Source of the DNA: Macrostomum lignano
Lineage: Eukaryota
Assembly: GCA_002269645.1 (NCBI GenBank)
Contig: NIVC01000199.1
Location: 434,001 to 498,000 of the forward strand
DNA: 64,000 bases
Direction of reading: 5' to 3'
Positions 58,121-64,000 of the stretch are shown piece by piece. Below the pieces are notes generated by a model that saw only the letters and a program-made list of their open reading frames with translations, had not been told where the DNA came from and did not search any database. How positions within the stretch are numbered: the first letter of the stretch is position 1; each line of letters starts with the position of its first letter. The translations under genes and the position numbers were made by a program.

Positions 58121-61100
58121 ATGGCTTCAAGCGGCCAATTTCAATTATCAAAAGACGCCGCGTCTCACAGCAAGCGAGTCATCGATTACGTCATCCGCGG
58201 CCCCGGACGCGGCAAGGCGTTCGAGCGCATGTCGGATTTCGTCGACTGTTTCAGCAGCAGGATGGCTGGCACACGCGAGCTGGAGTGCGCCATCGACTGG
58301 GCCGTCGCCGAGCTGAGGACCAGCGACTTTCTGGACGCCCAAACCGAGGAGTTCCGGATGCCGCGATGGTCGCGCGGACTCGAAGAGGCCTCTATTGTGT
58401 CGCCAGTCCGACGGAAGCTGAGCATGCTGAGTCTGGGCTACTCGGCCCCGACCCTGCCAGGCGGCATTGAAGCCGACTGCATCGTGGTGCACAGCTTCAA
58501 CGAGCTTGATTCGGCAGCTGCTCAGGGCTTGGTCCGAGGACGAATCGTAGTGTTTAATCAGCCCTGGGTGAGTGAACCAATTTCTTCTTCTCTAGGATTC
58601 CTCAACTGCTCTGTCGTTTAATAATAAAAATAATTGATTACACCTGCCGTAATGGGCAGATGTGCAACCGACAGCTCAGCCGCAGCTATTGCGCGGCGCA
58701 TCTGAAGGCTGCGTACGGCTGTTCAGTCCAAGGACTGGGGGGTCGCCACACACACACCCTCAATTACCCCAGAATATGCTGGCACCCATTTTACAGCTGG
58801 GTGAACTGAAGAAATACAGAGTTAAGTGTCTTGCTCAAGGACACAAGTTGTTACGAGGTGGATCGAGAATCGAACCCCCGACCTTCAAGTTGTGAGTCCG
58901 ACGCTCTAACCACTAGGCTACAACCCCTATCTGTCGTTTGTTCTACTCTGAAATGGTACAATTTTTCCTCGTGTTCTGATTCCAGTCTTTTGACACGATT
59001 CAACCAACGAACGAATAGAGGGCTTCATTCTCAAATAAGAGTATAGCCTATTCGTGGTAGCATGTGCTCAAATCAGGGGTTGTGAAGCGCATCAGATAAG
59101 CTACATGCAATTTGAAATTTGCATCACAGTTTGCATCAGAGGCAGGGGCTGTGTCCACCCTGGCGCTCTCTGAGCGACAGCGACATCGTCACCAACCGGC
59201 GAGAGGAATTACTGCCGCCCGTTCCGCCGACTCCCCTGAGCAGGCGCACACTCACACAGGAGTGTACAGCGGCCCTAACTTTATTTATCGTTAGGCATGT
59301 ACACTTCACTGCGCCTTGGAGGTTGGGCCTCAAGGGCGTTAATTGCACGAGCAGAGCCAAGCCGAGATTCCAATTTAGCCCCAAATCCATAAACTAAAAA
59401 TGGTCTGTCGGTAGGTAGGTATCTATCTAGGTAGGTATGTGATCGATTTTAGCAAAAACGGCTCAACCGATTTTCTTGGAACTTGCACTTTAATGTAACT
59501 GAATTTGGATTCGAACCTGGGCCGCTGGCACATCGGAGCACCGCGCTAGACCACTGGGCTACGGCCCCCCTTTATCCCTCCGCTCAGACATCCTCCCTTC
59601 TTGTCACTCACTCCTTCCCAGTCAGTCCCCACTCTCTTATTGTGACATCTTTTAGCTCTCTTTGTCCCTCTTTATCTCTCTCCCTGCCACTCCCCCTCTC
59701 CCATTGTGCCAGGCCGGCTACGACAGCACCCGGCAGTTCCGCAATCACGGGCCCAGCTTGGCCTCAAAATTCGGCGCCGTAGCCGCGCTCGTCCGCTCCG
59801 TGACGCCGCTCGCCGTTGACTCGCCGCACGCCGGGGTGACTCTGTTCGACGCCGCTGGCGCCATCGCCAGCCCGATCCCGGCGGCCTGTCTGGCGCCAGA
59901 TGACGCTGAAGCTTTGGCGCGTTGGCAGCGGCGCCGACAGACGCCGAGAATTCGACTGTCAATTCAGTGCAGCCCGACTGAGTTGGACTCCATCAGGTCG
60001 AGGAATATTGTGGCGGATTTGCCAGGCTGCGATCCGGCCGTGGCGCACGAGCTGGTGGTGCTGTGCGCTCACATCGACTGCTGGGATGTGGGACAGGTGA
60101 GGAGCTGTGTGAAGCAGCTTTTGGGATCCTCTGAAGGCGAAGTTTTGGGATACCTGTATGGGACATTCTCGCACGTCATTTTTCGGTGCCTTCTGGGAAC
60201 TTTTAAATGGATTTGGTGCGTTACAGTTGGAGATTGTTTTGGATGAAGCACAGTAGAAGTTGTGATTTTCTTTTGTCCTTGACGTTAAATTTTTCCTTAC
60301 AGGGCGCCATGGACGATGCTGGCGGCGTCTTTGTCGCCTGGGAGGCCCTGCGGACCATCCGGCAGGCCCTGCAGGAGCACCGGACCCGGCGCACCATCCG
60401 GTTGATCCTGTTCTCCGGCGAGGAACTCGGCCTGTGGGGCGGCAGGCTGTACTTTGAGGTGTGCCGACTGAGGGACTGATGGACACTAAGGCAGACAGTT
60501 AGACAGGCAGACAGTAAGACAGGCAGACAGTAAGAAAGGCAGACAGTAAAAGACAGGCAGACAGTAAGAAAGGCAGACAGTAAAAGACAGGCAGACAGTT
60601 AGACAGGCAGACAGTAAAAGACAGACAGACAGTAAGACAGGCAGACAGTAAGACAGGCAGAAAGTAAGACAGGCAGACAGTAAGACAGGCAGACAGTAAG
60701 ACAGGCAGACAGTAAAAGACAGGCAGACAGTAAGACAGGCAGACAGTAAGACAGGCAGAAAGTTAGACAGGCAGACAGTAAAAGACAGGCAGACAGTAAG
60801 ACAGGCAGACAGTAAGACAGGCAGACAGTAAGACAGGCAGACAGTAAGACAGGCAGACAGTAAGACAGGCAGACAGTAAGACAGGCAGACAGTAAGACAG
60901 GCAGACAGTAAGACAGGCAGACAGTAAGACAGGCAGACAGTAAGACAGGCAGACAGTAAGACAGGCAGACAGTAAGACAGGCAGACAGTAAAAGACAGGC
61001 AGACAGTTAGACAGGCAGACAGTAAAAGACAGACAGACAGTAAGACAGGCAGAAAGTAAGACAGGCAGACAGTAAGACAGGCAGACAGTAAGACAGGCAG

Positions 61101-62350
61101 ACAGTAAGACAGGCAGACAGTAAGACAGGCAGACAGTAAAAGACAGGCAGACAGTAAGACAGGCAGACAGTAAGACAGGCAGAAAGTTAGACAGGCAGAC
61201 AGTAAAAGACAGGCAGACAGTAAGACAGGCAGACAGTAAGACAGGCAGACAGTAAGACAGGCAGACAGTAAGACAGGCAGACAGTAAGACAGGCAGACAG
61301 TAAGACAGGCAGACAGTAAGACAGGCAGACAGTAAGACAGGCAGACAGTAAGACAGGCAGACAGTAAGACAGGCAGACAGTAAGACAGGCAGACAGTAAG
61401 ACAGGCAGACAGTAAGACAGGCAGACAGTAAGACAGGCAGACAGTAAGACAGGCAGACAGTAAGACAGGCAGACAGTAAGACAGGCAGACAGTAAGACAG
61501 GCAGACAGTAAGACAGGCAGACAGTAAGACAGGCAGACAGTAAGACAGGCAGACAGTAAGACAGGCAGACAGTAAGACAGGCAGACAGTAAGACAGGCAG
61601 ACAGTAAGACAGGCAGACAGTAAGACAGGCAGACAGTAAGACAGGCAGACAGTAAGACAGGCAGACAGCCTGTCTTATAGCCTATACACCTACGTGCTAA
61701 CCACGACCACCTTTGCTTAACTGTAAGCTAGTATAGAACAGGTAACTGTGTAAGACAAAAATCAAAGTCAAGAGTAACAGATAATAAATAAGTTTTGATT
61801 TTTTTCTTTAAACCCAATATCGCACTACTTAGTATAGAAGTAGTGTCATAAAAATTTGACGATAGCTTTATATTCTGCTTTAATACTCGTATCAACTCGT
61901 TTGTCTTGTACCCAGGCGCACTCAAGCGAGCTCGCTGGCAGGCTCAGCTACATGCTGGAAACGGACGGCGGCACCTTTGATCCCAGAGGCGTCACCTGCA
62001 GCGGTTCGGCTGCGACGACAGCCGCCCTGCGCACCGTCCTGCAGCCGCTGGAGTCGTCACTCGGCGCTTGCAACGTTTTCGAGAAGCTGGACGGTCCGGA
62101 CATCACCGAATGGGCGAGCGTAGGCGTCCCAGTTGGCAATCTGGTCACGCAGAGGACGGGCGAGTCAGCCGATTTCTACTTCCAATTTCATCATTCTCGC
62201 GGCGACACAGTCAGCGTGCAGGACCCGTTCGAGATGGACCGCTGCACAGCCGTGATGGCCGTGGTGGCGTTGAACTTGGCGGATGCCAGCACCATGTTGC
62301 CGAGGGGACCGGAGCAGGCTGCGGATAAGGAGCCCCGTCTGGAAGCTTAG
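58121..62350 (+). CDS. CPQ: Carboxypeptidase Q (plasma glutamate carboxypeptidase, M28), exons 58121-58567, 59713-60096, 60303-60458, 61916-62350; 473 aa
   Basis: [16 protein letters not shown]...[15 protein letters not shown]|[19 protein letters not shown] and FHHSRGD (zinc ligands intact); all three introns are phase 0 GT-AG. Confidence 0.93.
58625..58927 (-). mobile_element. Full-length tRNA-derived SINE with conserved central domain (V/Meta-type, tentative)
   Basis: Minus strand: A box TAGCCTAGTGGTTAG, B box GGTTCGATTC, core GTGTCCTTGAGCAAGACACTTAAC...CACCCAGCTGTAAAATGGGT, ATT tail; 4 copies in the window. Confidence 0.88.
59386..59567 (+). mobile_element. Helitron-like 5' end followed by an inverted tRNA-derived fragment; another isolated 5' end at ~52494 (-)
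   Basis: A|TCCATAAACTAAAAATGGTCTGTC...CAACCGATTTT...AACTTGCAC matches the heads of the chain units; minus strand TAGCCCAGTGG...GGTTCGAATCC. Confidence 0.6.
60490..61670. repeat. 16-bp minisatellite (AGACAGTAAGACAGGC) in CPQ intron 3
   Basis: Period 16 (60841 vs 60857). Confidence 0.97.
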
Positions 62351-62384
62351 AGATAGACGCCATACAAGTAAGGCCACACTTTCG

Positions 62385-62760
62385 GAAGTTTAGCTTTAAC
62401 CTGTCCTGGAAGTTTAGCTCTCTAACCTGTCCTGGAAGTTTAGGTCTAACCTGTCCTGGAAGTTTAGCTCTCTAACCTGTCCTGGAAGTTTAGGTCTAAC
62501 CTGTCCTGGAAGTTTAGGTCTAACCTGTCCTGGAAGTTTAGCTCTCTAACCTGTCCTGGAAGTTTAGCTCTCTAACCTGTCCTGCGTTTAGGTCTAACCT
62601 GTCCTGGAAGTTTATCTCTCTAACCTGTCCTGGAACTTTAGCTCTCTAACCTTTCCTGGAAGTTTAGCTCTAACCTGCCCCGGAAGTTTAGGTCTAAACC
62701 GTCCTGGAAGTTTAGGTCTAACCTGTCCTGGAAGTTTAGGTCTAACCTGTCCCGGAAGCT
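62385..62760. repeat. Alternating 24/26-bp minisatellite (TAACCTGTCCTGGAAGTTTAG...) in the CPQ 3' region
   Basis: CTGTCCTGGA at 62401, 62427 and 62451; AATAAA at ~62764 follows. Confidence 0.93.
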
Positions 62761-63152
62761 AGGGAATAAAGACAAACGGAGTTTTTTCAGAAATCTTTGC
62801 ACTATCCTACAATAAGATGGATAAACTGCAATAAACAAATATGCTATCCGATGACTAGTTTAATAACTGTTTTATGTTTGAAATAAACTTAACCAGAAAC
62901 AAAAAGGTGCGTACATTGTTTCTTGCCCCAAAAATACGAGTCTAAGTGTATGTGTACGAGTGTGTTCATTTAGGCAATGTTAAAAATGTACATGCATATG
63001 CAAGGCACATCACTAGCTGGGTTGCGCAGGCGTGGATTTGTGAAAGAGTATTTTGTTATCCTTACACAGTTCACAATATTTAAACATGCAGCAGTGATAA
63101 GTGCAAAAGTATGATGCTTATTTGACTAATATGACTCAAAAGTCCTCAGTCT

Positions 63153-63700
63153 TCAGTCACTGCTGAACATCAACTTAAGCAAGTCTTCGGCGTCGAACTG
63201 CGGTTGATCCAGATCGAAAGGCGGCGAGGACAGCGACGAGCTGATGGGCGACTGGCTGTCTGGCGTCTCGGCATCGTCAGTCATCAGGATGTCCAGCCCG
63301 TCCAGCTCCGTTGACATCAGTGGCAACAGTTCGTCCCTGGGATCCGAGGCTGGCGACTGCAGAATTCGGTCCAAATCGACGTCGCGATCGAGACAGGGCA
63401 ACTGCTGCAGCTCTTGCTGGTCGGCTTCGTCTGGCTGTTCCAGCGTTGCCTCTTCTTCATCGTTGTAGTCTGCTTCTTCGAGGCCTGACTCGTTGGGCAG
63501 CAACAGTCGGTACACTCTGTAGGCGTTGCAGCCTCTTGACTGGCTGAGAGTGGGCTCGTAACGGATGTACCGGCTGCCGCGGAGGGCGCAACGAAAGTTC
63601 TGCTTTAGTCTCTTGTAGTCTGGAATTTTCTGTAGTTTCTGCTTCTTTTTGTTGTTGCCACTGTCAGGCAGGTGCGAGTGAGCTTGCAGACAGTCGGGAA
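63153..63700 (-). CDS. Terminal exon of an interferon regulatory factor (IRF)-family transcription factor; 5' exons lie beyond the window
   Basis: PDYKRLKQNFRCALRGSRYI...SRGCNAYRVYRLL aligns to the C-terminal half of the IRF DNA-binding domain (IRF1 PDPKTWKANFRCAM...VRVYRML). Acceptor TTTCAG| at 63701 (phase 1); acidic tail. Confidence 0.8.
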
Positions 63701-64000
63701 CTGAAATTAATAAATGTGAGGTAAGCTTACACATTTGCTTTTAGAGGGCAATGTAATATAATCAAAAGTAATAAATCTTGACTCATCTCAGTTGTATCTC
63801 AGTCCCTACACGGCAAAACGTACCTATATCTTATAATTCACAATAAGCAATAAAAAGTAATAGTTCTGCCACTCAGCCACTCACGTCTTGCTTGGTGATA
63901 GGCCAGAAAAACGTTATCCTTCCTGCTAGCAATGTTGCACGACCACGATTGTCCGGACTTGTGAGACCAGCTGACCTTGAATAGCCTCTGCTGAGGAGTA

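Noticed and set aside
59505-59567. tRNA gene on the minus strand
   Set aside because: A and B boxes are present, but the sequence after the T-loop cannot pair to form an acceptor stem; treated as a SINE/tRNA-derived fragment.

Overview
Animal (invertebrate) genomic DNA with GT-AG introns, very dense mini/microsatellites and several TE classes. The composition resembles a free-living flatworm such as Macrostomum, but that is inference only. Protein genes assembled by hand from splice sites: a 2-exon SoxB-like HMG-box gene (-), 3-exon RPL8 (-), three tandem 3-exon GT32/DXD glycosyltransferase paralogs (+), 4-exon carboxypeptidase Q (+), and the last exon of an IRF-family transcription factor (-). 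The 24.3-kb first intron of the first glycosyltransferase holds a chain of four different Helitron-like elements fused head-to-tail (CTAG|TC). Each carries a tRNA-like module and its own minisatellites. The last is interrupted by a very young 8.8-kb Ty3/Gypsy element (524-bp LTRs with no difference seen by eye, ATAC TSD, tRNA-Gln PBS). Most striking observation: that element's Gag has a cold-shock domain resembling Unr/CSDE1 directly after its CCHC knuckle, a Lin28-like domain pair. Other highlights: an 81-bp minimal Helitron tandem, mosaic (gene-converted) glycosyltransferase exons, a zone with RIP-like C>T/G>A decay, and an orphan E2F/CCAAT/TATA promoter pointing antisense into the retrotransposon. 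No CRISPR, rRNA or intact tRNA gene was seen.
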